From Blastocatellia bacterium (GTDB lineage Bacteria > Acidobacteriota > Blastocatellia > UBA7656): a stretch of DNA of 64,000 nt. The first letter of the stretch is position 1, and every line of letters begins with the position of its first letter. Positions 47,963 through 57,574 of the stretch are shown here, piece after piece. The stretch covers positions 67,551-131,550 of the forward strand of contig DASUNP010000067.1 of the NCBI GenBank assembly GCA_036277095.1. The letters run 5' to 3'. The notes under the pieces are model-generated. The model saw only the letters and a program-made list of their open reading frames with translations. It searched no databases and was not told the origin of the DNA. Both the position numbers and the translations under genes were made by a program.

Positions 47963-49702
47963 TCAATCAAGCTCGAACTCGCGCTGCCAATCCGTGTCGC
48001 CCTCCATAGGCTTCATCTCTCGCTTATCGAGTATGAACTGGTCCATTACCAGAAAATCCATGTTTGTTCGCATGAAACATCGGAACGCATCTTCGGGTGT
48101 GCAGACTATAGGCTCGCCCCGCACGTTGAATGACGTATTGATTATCACCGGCACTCCGGTCAGCTTGTAGAACTCCGCGATCAGGTCATAAAAAATCGGG
48201 TTCGTTTCGCGCGACACGGTTTGAATCCGCGCCGAGCCGTCTACGTGAGTTACTGACGGTATGACTCGCTTGTCTTCCCTGACCTGGCCAACGAGCAACA
48301 TGTATGGGCTCGGGCGGTCCAGGTCGAAGTATTCCGAGCAATGGTCCTCAAGCACGCCCGGGGCGAACGGCCGGAAGCTTTCGCGGAATTTTATCTTCAG
48401 GTTTACGCGGTCGCGGTTTTCCGCACGTCTCGCGTCGGCCAGTATGCTGCGGTTGCCGAGCGCGCGCGGGCCGAACTCCATGCGGCCCTGAAACCAGCCC
48501 ACCACGTTCTGGTCCGCGATCAGGCGGGCAACTTTGCAAAGCAGCTCCTCGCGTTCGAGCTTCTGATACCGAGCGCCGATCTCATCGAGATAAGATTCAA
48601 TCTCGTCGGAAGTGAAAGATGGCCCCAGGTAGACGTGGCTCAACGCAGAGTCGCGCGCGTTGCCGAGCAACGTGTGATAGATATATTTTGCGACCCCGAT
48701 TGCCCCCCCGGCGTCCCCCGCCGCAGGCTGAATAAAGATATTCTTGAAAGGCCCATCCCTCAAAATCCTCCCGTTAGCCACACAGTTCAACGCGACGCCG
48801 CCGGCCATGCATAAATCCGTAAAGCCCGTCTCAGAGTGCAGCGAGAAGGCGAGCCTTAGCATTACCTCCTCGGTTACTTTTTGAATGCTCGCGGCTATAT
48901 CCTTGTGGCGCTGGTCGAGGGGAGATTCGGGCTGGCGCGGCGGCCCCTCGAATAGCTCCTCAAATTGCCCGTTGGTCATCCGTAGCCCATAGGCGTACGC
49001 GAAATAGTCCATGTTGAGCCGGAAGCCGCCATCGGCGTGTACATCTATCAACTCGCTCATTATCCGGTCGTAGTACTTAGGCTCGCCGTAAGGCGCGAGC
49101 CCCATGACTTTGTATTCGGCGCTGTTGACTTTGAAGCCCAGGTAATAGGTGAAGGCGCTATAGAGCAGCCCGAGCGAGTGGGGGTAGTTGATCTGCTTGA
49201 GCATGCGAATAGCATTTCCGGAACCCGAGGCGAGGCTGGCCGTGGCCCACTCGCCAACGCCATCGACTGTGAGGATCGCGGCCTCCTCGAAGGGCGAGAC
49301 GAGAAACGCGCTCGCGGCATGAGACTGGTGGTGCTCCGCAAAAAGTATCTCCCCTTTGTAGCCCAGCTCACGCGCGATCAGGTCTTTCGTCCACAGCTTC
49401 TCGCGCAGCCAGACCGGGACCGCTTTCATGAAGGCGAAGTAAGAGCGCGGGAAGTTCGCAAGGTAAGACGTGATTATGCGCTCGAACTTCAACAATGGCT
49501 TGTCGTAGAACCCTACGCGGTCGAGGTCGACTGCAGTTATGCGCCCCTCTTCGAGGCAGTAGCGTATGGCGTTATGAGGGAAGCCGGCGTCATGCTTTTT
49601 ACGCGTGAATCGTTCCTCGGAGGCGGCGGCGACTATCTCGCCGTCCCGCACAAGGCAGGCCGCCGAGTCATGATAAAAACATGATATGCCAAGTATGTTC
49701 AT
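47963..49702 (-). CDS. carbamoyltransferase (NodU/CmcH family)
   Basis: 579 aa; MNILGISCFYHDSAACLVRDGEIVAAASEERFTRKKHD N-terminus is characteristic of NodU/CmcH O-carbamoyltransferases. Confidence 0.85.
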   Translation of the reverse strand: MNILGISCFYHDSAACLVRDGEIVAAASEERFTRKKHDAGFPHNAIRYCLEEGRITAVDLDRVGFYDKPLLKFERIITSYLANFPRSYFAFMKAVPVWLREKLWTKDLIARELGYKGEILFAEHHQSHAASAFLVSPFEEAAILTVDGVGEWATASLASGSGNAIRMLKQINYPHSLGLLYSAFTYYLGFKVNSAEYKVMGLAPYGEPKYYDRIMSELIDVHADGGFRLNMDYFAYAYGLRMTNGQFEELFEGPPRQPESPLDQRHKDIAASIQKVTEEVMLRLAFSLHSETGFTDLCMAGGVALNCVANGRILRDGPFKNIFIQPAAGDAGGAIGVAKYIYHTLLGNARDSALSHVYLGPSFTSDEIESYLDEIGARYQKLEREELLCKVARLIADQNVVGWFQGRMEFGPRALGNRSILADARRAENRDRVNLKIKFRESFRPFAPGVLEDHCSEYFDLDRPSPYMLLVGQVREDKRVIPSVTHVDGSARIQTVSRETNPIFYDLIAEFYKLTGVPVIINTSFNVRGEPIVCTPEDAFRCFMRTNMDFLVMDQFILDKREMKPMEGDTDWQREFELD

Positions 49703-49713
49703 AACGGATGCGG

Positions 49714-49956
49714 CTAGAACTGTCGCCGCGCGCGTTCAGTTTCGTCGCCCGGCGGCTGACCGTCAATCCAGTAGCTCAAGTCGCCTCCCCTGCGCCGGGC
49801 GAGCATATCTTTGTCGAATAGCCTGATGAGAACCCAGGCGGGCCCGGCTACAACGAAGTAAAATACCGTGAGTATGATGCGAGTTTGAAAGCGGCCGATG
49901 ACGCCCGCAACCCTCTTCCATCCCGCCCAGACGCGTTTGAAGAATCTAATAAGCAA
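49714..49956 (-). CDS. small membrane protein often paired with carbamoyltransferases (SxtJ-like)
   Basis: 80 aa, one or two TM helices, 11 bp downstream of the carbamoyltransferase. Confidence 0.5.
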   Translation of the reverse strand: MLIRFFKRVWAGWKRVAGVIGRFQTRIILTVFYFVVAGPAWVLIRLFDKDMLARRRGGDLSYWIDGQPPGDETERARRQF

Positions 49957-50044
49957 GCAACTTCCTTATTACAGGGATTGACTCTCGATAATGATCTTCT
50001 ATCATAGATAACGGCAGCAAGCCCATTTTGAAAACAGAGATAAA

Positions 50045-50464
50045 ATGATGCCCGTGATGACAGCCGAAGAGTTGGAGAAGTTCTTATACTCTCATTTTCC
50101 CGAGAGGAAGGCCCGGCCCTTCCGCGTCGAGAAAGTAGAAGACCGCACTGCCTCTGTGCGGCTGGTTTATCACGACAGCCAGCTCCGCCCGGGCGGCACC
50201 ATCTCCGGGCCTGCGCTTATGACGCTGGCCGACACGGCGATGTTTATGGTGCTGCTTGCAGAGATAGGCCCCGTGGAGCTTGCCGTCACTACGAACTTGA
50301 ATATCAACTTTCTGCGCAAGCCCCGCCGGGCCGATGTTATTGCCGAAGCGCGGCTGTTGAAGTTAGGCAAGCGGCTGGCAGTAGGGGATGTCTTAATGTA
50401 TTCCGAGGGCGAGCCGGAGCCCGTCGCTCACGCCACCGTGACTTACTCGGTCCCGCCGAGATAG
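50045..50464 (+). CDS. PaaI-family hotdog-fold thioesterase
   Basis: 139 aa; hotdog-fold-like sequence with GPALMTLADTA. Confidence 0.65.
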   Translation: MMPVMTAEELEKFLYSHFPERKARPFRVEKVEDRTASVRLVYHDSQLRPGGTISGPALMTLADTAMFMVLLAEIGPVELAVTTNLNINFLRKPRRADVIAEARLLKLGKRLAVGDVLMYSEGEPEPVAHATVTYSVPPR

Positions 50465-50486
50465 TTTATCAATCGCTGAGGCCCAT

Positions 50487-50666
50487 ATAGAAGATGTCTA
50501 CGATGAGTTCTGCTTCGTAGAGAAGACCCCACAATCCGTAAGAGATTTTCTGTTGCACGCAAAATCTAACTGGAAGAAGAAGCCGCGCTTCGTGCTTCTT
50601 GCCGCCGACCGAGACATTCGCCGGACCTGTATACTGTTCGGCGACCCGGCGTTAAAGCTTAAGTAA
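50487..50666 (+). pseudogene. remnant of a C25 peptidase gene (internally deleted 3' fragment)
   Basis: Translates to IEDVYDEFCFVEKTPQSVRDFLLHAKSNWKKKPRFVLLAADRDIRRTCILFGDPALKLK*. This is homologous to VDVEDVYDEFSHGAHSPQAVKDFL...WKKRPGWVMFAGDA and to the last 20 aa (DTDIRRTWILFGDPTLKIK*) of the 39320-42565 protein. The final ~60 nt are near-identical at the DNA level. Confidence 0.75.
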
Positions 50667-50680
50667 TTCAAGCAGAGTTT

Positions 50681-53600
50681 TTAATCGGCGGTCGCTTCTG
50701 CAAGCTCTTGCGGGCCTACGCTAAAATAAGCAGCGTCGGGGTGATGAAATACCAGCGCCGAGACCGAAGCTTCCGGCTCCATCATGAAGCCTTCCGTAAG
50801 CTCTATTCCAATCTCTTCGGGCCGCAGCAGGCGGAACAACCCCGCCTGTGATTCCAAATCCGGGCAAGCCGGATAGCCGAATGAATACCGCTTGCCGCGA
50901 TAACGCGCTTGAAAGATGGCTTGCCGCGACAGCCCTTCGGGGTCCGCAAATCCCCACATCGCGCGCAATCGCGCGTGCAGCCATTCGGCCGCCGCCTCTG
51001 CCGTTTCGAGCGCCAACGCCTGTAGCGCGTAAGACCTCAGATACTCGCCCTGCTGCTTTGCGGCTTCGGCAAGCTCGCGTATCCCTTCGCCCGCGGTCGT
51101 GGTAAACAGGGCTATGTGATCGCGGCCAGGATCAGGCGGCAAGACGAGATCGCTTAACGCCACGCCGTCGTCTTTCCGCTGGCGAGGGAAGACGAATGTC
51201 TCGGCTGGCTCTGTCGCGCCGCGCCCCGCGAAAACGTGCAGGCGGTTGCCTTCGGATTCGGCTTCGAAGAATTGCCAGACGACGCGGACGCTCATGGCCC
51301 CACGGCGACACTCTTCTTTCACACGCTCGATCTTCTCTTCGAGATCGCGCGCGCGGCGGTCGCCTGCCGCGATCAAATCGTTAAACCGCCCGCGCAACCC
51401 GAGGTGGCGGCCATAAAGCATCTGCGGGTTGATGTAGCTCCAGACTTCATCCAGATCCCTGACCTGTTCGACGTGACGCGAAAGGTCCGTCACAGGCGGT
51501 ATCGGAACGTCGAGAGAGATCTTTGTGCTGCGGCGGTCGGTTTCGGCCGCTACGACTTGCACTGTTTGCGCCGTCGCCCCCAGGTCTTTATCGAGCAATT
51601 CGGCTTCGAGCCGCGCGCGCTGGTCTGGGTCCATCAAGCGATTCAGAATATCGAGCCCGTGCATTGCGTCGTTCGCATAGACGACGGTGTTGCTGTAGGC
51701 GGGCGCGATCTTTGTGCGCGTGAAACGATCGGACAACGCCGCCCCGCCTACGAGCAGCGGGAGCCCTACGCCTGCGTCTTTCAAATCGCTTGCGGTTATG
51801 ACCATCTGCTGGGCCGATTTGACGAGCAGGCCGGAAAGCCCTATCGCGTCGGGGCTGTGCTCTCGCACGGCCTGTATCAAGACTTCGGGCGGGACCTTGA
51901 TGCCGAGGTTTATCACCTCGTAGCCGTTGTTCGACATAATGATGTCGACGAGGTTTTTGCCTATGTCGTGTACGTCGCCTTTAACGGTCGCAAGTATTAT
52001 TCGCCCGCGAAGGCTCGTGGCGCTCTTCTCCATGAACTGTTCAAGGTGAGAGACGGCCGTCTTCATCGCTTCGGCTGATTGTAGGACTTCGGCGACGATC
52101 AACTCGTTGTTGTTGAAGAGGCGACCGACTTCTCCCATCCCCGTCATCAGCGGCCCGTTGATGATGTCGAGCGGCGCGGCTTCTTTCAGCTTCAAGTCGA
52201 GGTCCGCGATCAAGCCTTCTTTTGTGCCCTCGATGATGTAGGCGGCCAGCCGCTCGTCGAGCGGAAGATCGGCTGTCGTCTTTTTGACGCGCGAAGTCGC
52301 GGCGCGAAAGTGAGCCGCGAACCGGGCTATCGGATCATCCCCGCGATTCCACAACAGGTCTTCGGCAAGCCGCCGCTCTTCGTCCGGTATCGAAGCGTAG
52401 CGTTCGAGCTTTTCTGAATTGACTATCGCAAGGTCGAGCCCGGCTTTTGTGCAATGATAAAGAAAGACGGAGTTCAACACCTCGCGGCCCGCGTCGGGCA
52501 GGCCGAACGACACGTTGCTTATGCCGAGAACGGTTTTGACATGAGGTATCTCTTGCTTGATGAGCCGCACGCCCTCAATGGTCTCGACCGCGCTCCCGAT
52601 ATAATTCTGATCCCCGGTTGCGCAGGGGAAGACCAGCGGGTCAAAGATAATGTCTTCCGCGCGTATGCCGTAGTCTTCGGTGAGCAATTTGCAAGAGCGG
52701 CGGGCTATCTCAAGCTTTCGCTCGCGCGTTATGGCCTGCGCCTGCTCTTTGTCTTCGTCGATGCAGCCGACGATCAGGGCCGCGCCGTATTTGCGCGCGA
52801 GCGGGGTGACGAGCTCGAACTTTTCAAGCCCGTCTTCGAGGTTGATAGAGTTGATGATCGATTTGCCCTGACAGTAGGTGAGCGACCGCTCGATCGCAAC
52901 AGAGTCTGTGGTGTCTATCATGATCGGCACTTTTACGAGCCGTATCATGCGGTCGTAAAAACGGTCTATGTCATACAGTTCGTCGCGGTCGGCGTTCTGG
53001 AGATTGACGTCGCAAATCTGCGCGCCACCTTTGACTTGCTGGCGCGCTATCTCGGCGGCCTCTTCGTATTTCTCTTCGGTGATGAGTCGCTTGAACTTGC
53101 GCGAGCCTACTTCGTTGGTCCGCTCGCCCACGATCAACGGGCGCTGGTCGTCGGATGCTTCGACAAAGTCTATGCCTGAGAAGAGGGTCCGGTGATGCTT
53201 CCGGTAAACGCGCGGGCGCTTGCCCTCGACCATCTGGGCGAGTTGGCGTATGTGCGCTGCGGTAGTCCCGCAACAGCCGCCAACAAGATTTATCCAGCCG
53301 TGATCTACGAACCGCTCAAGCGTTGAGGCCAGGCTTTCGGGAGTTTCAAGATAGATGCCGTCTTCGTTCGGCAGCCCCGCGTTCGGTATGCAAGAGACGC
53401 GCGTTTCGGCCTGCGCGGCTATCGATCGGATGTGATCGGTCATGAACTCAGGCCCCGTAGCGCAGTTCAGACCAACCGAAAGCAGGTCGGCGTGCATCAG
53501 CGAAGTGACGAAAGCTTCCGCGGTCTGGCCCGCCAGCATCGTGCCCGTCGCTTCGATCGTGCCGGAAACCATTATCGGCACTCTCACTCCCAGTTCATCA

Positions 53601-54157
53601 AACACGCGCCATATTCCGATGAGCGCCGCCTTCACGTTGCGCGTGTCCTGCTGCGTCTCGACTATCAGAAGGTCTGCGCCGCCCGCGACGAGCCCGGCAG
53701 CCTGATCGTGGAAAGCGTCTACGAGTTGCTCGAACGTGACGCCGCCCGTCACCGATATAGCTTTTGTAGTAGGCCCCATCGAGCCTGCGACGAATCGCGG
53801 GCGGGCTGGTGAAGATAATTCTTTGGCGGCTTGCCGGGCCAGCCGCGCCGCAATTTCATTCTGTTCGCGCGCGCGGTCTTCGAGGCCGTATTCGGCCAGC
53901 ACTATCCCGGTGCTGCCGAACGTATTTGTCTCGATGATGTCTGCGCCCGCGTTGAGGTAGCCGCGATGTATATCGAGCACGACGTCGGGCCGCGTAAAGA
54001 CCAGGTTCTCGTTGCAGCCTTCCAGATGCGGGCCGCCAAAATCCTCCGCCTGCAGATTGCGCTCTTGAATCGCGGTGCCCGTCGCGCCGTCGAGCACGAG
54101 AATGCGCTCGGCCAGCAACTCTTTCAGCATCTGTGTGCGATGTTGTCTGTCTTCCAT
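50681..54157 (-). CDS. metH: cobalamin-dependent methionine synthase
   Basis: 1158 aa; Hcy-binding (ILVLDGATGTAIQ), pterin-binding, B12-binding and AdoMet-reactivation regions. Confidence 0.9.
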   Translation of the reverse strand: MEDRQHRTQMLKELLAERILVLDGATGTAIQERNLQAEDFGGPHLEGCNENLVFTRPDVVLDIHRGYLNAGADIIETNTFGSTGIVLAEYGLEDRAREQNEIAARLARQAAKELSSPARPRFVAGSMGPTTKAISVTGGVTFEQLVDAFHDQAAGLVAGGADLLIVETQQDTRNVKAALIGIWRVFDELGVRVPIMVSGTIEATGTMLAGQTAEAFVTSLMHADLLSVGLNCATGPEFMTDHIRSIAAQAETRVSCIPNAGLPNEDGIYLETPESLASTLERFVDHGWINLVGGCCGTTAAHIRQLAQMVEGKRPRVYRKHHRTLFSGIDFVEASDDQRPLIVGERTNEVGSRKFKRLITEEKYEEAAEIARQQVKGGAQICDVNLQNADRDELYDIDRFYDRMIRLVKVPIMIDTTDSVAIERSLTYCQGKSIINSINLEDGLEKFELVTPLARKYGAALIVGCIDEDKEQAQAITRERKLEIARRSCKLLTEDYGIRAEDIIFDPLVFPCATGDQNYIGSAVETIEGVRLIKQEIPHVKTVLGISNVSFGLPDAGREVLNSVFLYHCTKAGLDLAIVNSEKLERYASIPDEERRLAEDLLWNRGDDPIARFAAHFRAATSRVKKTTADLPLDERLAAYIIEGTKEGLIADLDLKLKEAAPLDIINGPLMTGMGEVGRLFNNNELIVAEVLQSAEAMKTAVSHLEQFMEKSATSLRGRIILATVKGDVHDIGKNLVDIIMSNNGYEVINLGIKVPPEVLIQAVREHSPDAIGLSGLLVKSAQQMVITASDLKDAGVGLPLLVGGAALSDRFTRTKIAPAYSNTVVYANDAMHGLDILNRLMDPDQRARLEAELLDKDLGATAQTVQVVAAETDRRSTKISLDVPIPPVTDLSRHVEQVRDLDEVWSYINPQMLYGRHLGLRGRFNDLIAAGDRRARDLEEKIERVKEECRRGAMSVRVVWQFFEAESEGNRLHVFAGRGATEPAETFVFPRQRKDDGVALSDLVLPPDPGRDHIALFTTTAGEGIRELAEAAKQQGEYLRSYALQALALETAEAAAEWLHARLRAMWGFADPEGLSRQAIFQARYRGKRYSFGYPACPDLESQAGLFRLLRPEEIGIELTEGFMMEPEASVSALVFHHPDAAYFSVGPQELAEATAD

Positions 54158-54226
54158 ATAAAAGCCGTGAACCGTTACAAGATGTGAGTTGAGATCTCAA
54201 ATCTCAAATTTCAAATCGCCCTCTTG

Positions 54227-54775
54227 TCACGGTTCGCGCTCCTTACCTAACATCTGGCGAATCTCACCGCGGCGGTCGCGCGCAACGGTCGCCATCGTCA
54301 GGTAGATGGTCGAGAACGCGTTCTGGTTGAGCGGCTGCGCCGTGCTTATCATGTACTTGTAGCCGATGTCTTCCTCGTTATCGACGAAGAAGCTGCCTAT
54401 AGTTATCGCGTCGTTGGCGCCGAGCAAGAACTTATAAACATCTTCGCGGTTAGAGGCTTTCTTAAGGCTGCCAAAGTTGTAGACATAAAAGCCGAGCAGC
54501 CCCTTGCGGCGGTCATTCACGATGACTATGGTGGTCTTTCCGCCGCCCCTGGGGTCGGTGTAATTAGAGACGACCATGTCGGCAGTGCTCTTGCTTTGAT
54601 CCACGGTTGCGCCCACATGCTGCAAGTACCGCTTGACCGAATCGATCAGGGTGAGCCTGGGGGCGGGGCGGGCCGCGCGCGGGGCCTGGGTCGGCGGCGC
54701 CGGGTCCTGGGCCAGAGCCCCGGCGAAGGCGAGCGCCACCACAAGCGGAGCTGTTGAAATCATGCTTTTTTTCAT
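54227..54775 (-). CDS. YbjN-domain secreted protein
   Basis: 182 aa, signal peptide, paralogue of the next gene. Confidence 0.5.
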   Translation of the reverse strand: MKKSMISTAPLVVALAFAGALAQDPAPPTQAPRAARPAPRLTLIDSVKRYLQHVGATVDQSKSTADMVVSNYTDPRGGGKTTIVIVNDRRKGLLGFYVYNFGSLKKASNREDVYKFLLGANDAITIGSFFVDNEEDIGYKYMISTAQPLNQNAFSTIYLTMATVARDRRGEIRQMLGKEREP

Positions 54776-54817
54776 AACTTCATCCGAATTGAAACGGGTT
54801 CGATCTCACAGGGCCGA

Positions 54818-55339
54818 TCAATTCTTCGTTTCGCTCTTGCGCATGTGCCCTTCGAGTATCGGCGTGTATTCATCGCTGATGCGCAGCAACTCCATGACCG
54901 CGACGCGGAACGACTCGAACCCGACGCCGTTCTCGGTCGTGAAAGTGAAGCGCGCGCCTATGTCCCCCTGGTTATCGACAAAGAAGGTGGCGAACGCGCG
55001 GTGGTTGGCATCGAGCAATCGCTGGAGCGTCTTTTCGCGGTCCGCAGCGCGCGACATGTTGAAGTAGCCTATGGGCTGCTTGCTGTAGGCCATGAGCACT
55101 AGCGTATGGTCCTCGCCGCGCACTTCGATGTATAGGTCCACGCGGTCCGCGTGGTCGTTGTCGGAGCGCGTCACTACCAGGGCGTTGCTGCTTTTCGGAT
55201 GCGGGACGTACTTCATCCCCATCTTGTCGAGATAGCCGCGAAGCACCCCGACGGTAGTTCCTCGCTGGTCGTTGCCGATGGGCGCAAGCGCCAACAGCGC
55301 GCCCGCCAGGATCGGCATAGCAATTCTTTTCCTCATCAA
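54818..55339 (-). CDS. YbjN-domain secreted protein (tandem paralogue)
   Basis: 173 aa, signal peptide; similar to 54227-54775 (FFVDNxxDIG ... ). Confidence 0.5.
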   Translation of the reverse strand: MMRKRIAMPILAGALLALAPIGNDQRGTTVGVLRGYLDKMGMKYVPHPKSSNALVVTRSDNDHADRVDLYIEVRGEDHTLVLMAYSKQPIGYFNMSRAADREKTLQRLLDANHRAFATFFVDNQGDIGARFTFTTENGVGFESFRVAVMELLRISDEYTPILEGHMRKSETKN

Positions 55340-55451
55340 TCAACTAACTCCAATCCGTTTAGATTACATTCAAAGAACGTTTGGTTCGTCGCTCAAACTT
55401 TTTAAGCTAACACTGCTGCACTCGGTATTTCAAGCATAGAGAAAAGAGTAT

Positions 55452-55545
55452 CTCACCGCAGAGACGCAGAGAACACAGAGTTCACGCAGAGCAGAATTAT
55501 CTTCTCTCTGCGCCCGCTCTGTGTTCTCTGCGTCTCTGCGGTGAG
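55452..55545 (-). terminator. 29-bp perfect inverted repeat hairpin (ctcaccgcagagacgcagagaacacagag ... ctctgtgttctctgcgtctctgcggtgag), 16 bp downstream of the metF-fusion stop
   Basis: Seen directly; T-rich flanks on both sides; probable intrinsic (bidirectional) terminator. Confidence 0.65.
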
Positions 55546-55560
55546 GTTTGCCTTTCCATC

Positions 55561-57390
55561 TCATAAAACACTGAAAACGTCGAGCGCGTATTGCACCTTG
55601 CCGAATGGCGCGGAGACTTGAACGCCCTGCACAACGTCCATAACGTCGAGCAGGGTTTCGCGCGCGATCGCGAGGCCTTCTTCGCGCGCGGCGTCTTTAT
55701 CCGTGATGCCGTGCATGCGCTCAAGCACCGAGTCGGGCACGACCACGCCGGGCACTTCGTTAGCCAAAAACTCCGCATTGCGGTAGCTCACAAGCGGCCA
55801 GATGCCCGCGATCACAGGGATGCAGCAATGCTCTATGCGCTTTAGAAAACTTCTTAGCTGCTTTACGTCGAAAGTCGGTTGCGTGATGGCGAACTCTGCC
55901 CCGGCTTCCACCTTCCACTCGAACCGCCGCAGCTCATAATCTAAATCTACGGCGCAAGGATTGACTCCGACGCCCATGTAAAAAGATGTCGGGCCGCCGA
56001 TGGGGTTCCCGCCAATGTCGAGCCCGTGGTTGAGCCGGTTGACCATGTTGACGAGCCCTATCGAGTCTATGTCAAAGACGGCAGTCGCTTCGGGGTACGG
56101 CCCCATCTTGGGCGGGTCGCCTGTGATGATCAGCAAATTGCGCAACCCCATAGCGGCCGCGCCCAACAGATCGCTCGTCATCCCTAACAGGTTTCGGTCG
56201 CGGCAGCAGTAATGCACGACCGCCTCTATCCCTACTTGCTGCTCGATCAACGTAGAGACGGCCAGCACACCCATTCGCGATTGCGCGCGCGGGCCGTCGG
56301 GGACATTGACCGCGTCGACGCCCGATTCTTTAAGCAGCCTTACGCCTTCGAGCATCTTTGACGGGTCGCACCCTTTGGGCGGGACTATCTCGACGGAAGT
56401 GACGAACTCGCCCGCCGAAATCTTTCGAGCGAACCTACTCTTCTCTTCGCGCGGAGTGACGGCGATATTTGCGGGCGTCTCTTCGGGCACAAAGACGCGC
56501 ACGCTTGAGCGGCCCGGCGAGAGCGCCGCCACGGCGTTTGCGATCTGCTTTATGTGATCGGGCGTCGTCCCGCAACAGCCGCCCACGAACTTTGCGCCGG
56601 ATTGTATGAGGCGTTTGGCGTACTTCGCCATGTATTCGGGCGAAGCCATGTAAAACATCCGCCCATCGACTTGTCGCGGCAGCCCGTTGTTGGGCTGCGT
56701 CGAGAGCTTGCGCCGCGTGACCTGATGCATCTTCTCGATCGCTTCGAGCATGGCGTGCGGCCCCACGGAGCAGTTGAGCCCGATCACGTCCGCGCCCCAC
56801 TCGTCTAACCTCTTTGTGAAAATCTCGGGCGAAGTGCCGTAGCTCGTCGAGCCGTCATTTTGTATGGTCATCTGCGCTACAATCGGCAGGTCGCAGACGG
56901 AGCGGACGGCCAGGATTGCCTGATGAATCTCCGCCACGTCGGAAAATGTTTCGAGGATGAACAGATCCACGCCGCCTTCAAGCAACGCCTCGGCCTGCTC
57001 GCGAAATATGGCCTGGGCCTCTTCGCTCGACGTAGGCCCGTAAGGCTCTATGCGAATGCCGAGCGGCCCGATGGCTCCCGCGACGAACGCGCGCCCGCAC
57101 GCGGCTTCATTTGCGAGCCGTGCGCCCGCGTTGTTGATCTGATAAATCCTGTCTTCCAGCCCGTAGCCGGTCAGCTTCGCGCGGTTAGCGCCGTAGGTGT
57201 TCGTCTCGACAATGTCCGCGCCCGCCTTAACATAATCGCGGTGGACGTTCAAAACCAGATCGGAGCTTGTCAAATTCAGCTCGTCGTAACATCGATTGAT
57301 GTAGACGCCGCGCGAATAGAGCATCGTGCCCATCGCGCCGTCGAAGACGTAGACTCGATCATCCGTGACAGCGTCTCGAAAATCTTTCAT
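55561..57390 (-). CDS. metF: bifunctional homocysteine S-methyltransferase / 5,10-methylenetetrahydrofolate reductase
   Basis: 609 aa; N-terminal Hcy-binding domain (VFDGAMGTMLY ... GGCCGT), C-terminal MTHFR domain. Confidence 0.85.
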   Translation of the reverse strand: MKDFRDAVTDDRVYVFDGAMGTMLYSRGVYINRCYDELNLTSSDLVLNVHRDYVKAGADIVETNTYGANRAKLTGYGLEDRIYQINNAGARLANEAACGRAFVAGAIGPLGIRIEPYGPTSSEEAQAIFREQAEALLEGGVDLFILETFSDVAEIHQAILAVRSVCDLPIVAQMTIQNDGSTSYGTSPEIFTKRLDEWGADVIGLNCSVGPHAMLEAIEKMHQVTRRKLSTQPNNGLPRQVDGRMFYMASPEYMAKYAKRLIQSGAKFVGGCCGTTPDHIKQIANAVAALSPGRSSVRVFVPEETPANIAVTPREEKSRFARKISAGEFVTSVEIVPPKGCDPSKMLEGVRLLKESGVDAVNVPDGPRAQSRMGVLAVSTLIEQQVGIEAVVHYCCRDRNLLGMTSDLLGAAAMGLRNLLIITGDPPKMGPYPEATAVFDIDSIGLVNMVNRLNHGLDIGGNPIGGPTSFYMGVGVNPCAVDLDYELRRFEWKVEAGAEFAITQPTFDVKQLRSFLKRIEHCCIPVIAGIWPLVSYRNAEFLANEVPGVVVPDSVLERMHGITDKDAAREEGLAIARETLLDVMDVVQGVQVSAPFGKVQYALDVFSVL

Positions 57391-57423
57391 TCCTAAGTCC
57401 CACTCAAAAAACGTCTCGCTATA

Positions 57424-57513
57424 AAAAGCAAAAGCCCCGCGCTAAACTGCGCGGGGGCCGATTCCGGGCTGTTTAGCAGTTTTTTACGTGGAGCAATTAC
57501 CATAAATCGCCAC
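57424..57513 (-). promoter_or_regulatory. conserved leader element copy A (candidate SAM-responsive riboswitch/attenuator) ending in an intrinsic terminator directly upstream of the metF-fusion start
   Basis: RNA sense: GUGGCGAUUUAUGGUAAUUGCUCCACGUAAAAAACUGCUAAAC...GCCCCCGCGCAGUUUAGCGCGGGGCUUUUGCUUUUU, then 43 nt, then AUG. Two more copies lie upstream of the thrC-like gene. Confidence 0.6.
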
Positions 57514-57574
57514 ATTAAATTTTCAACGCTGCAAGGATACACCCTGGCAACGCTCAAGTCAATCATGACGGTCG

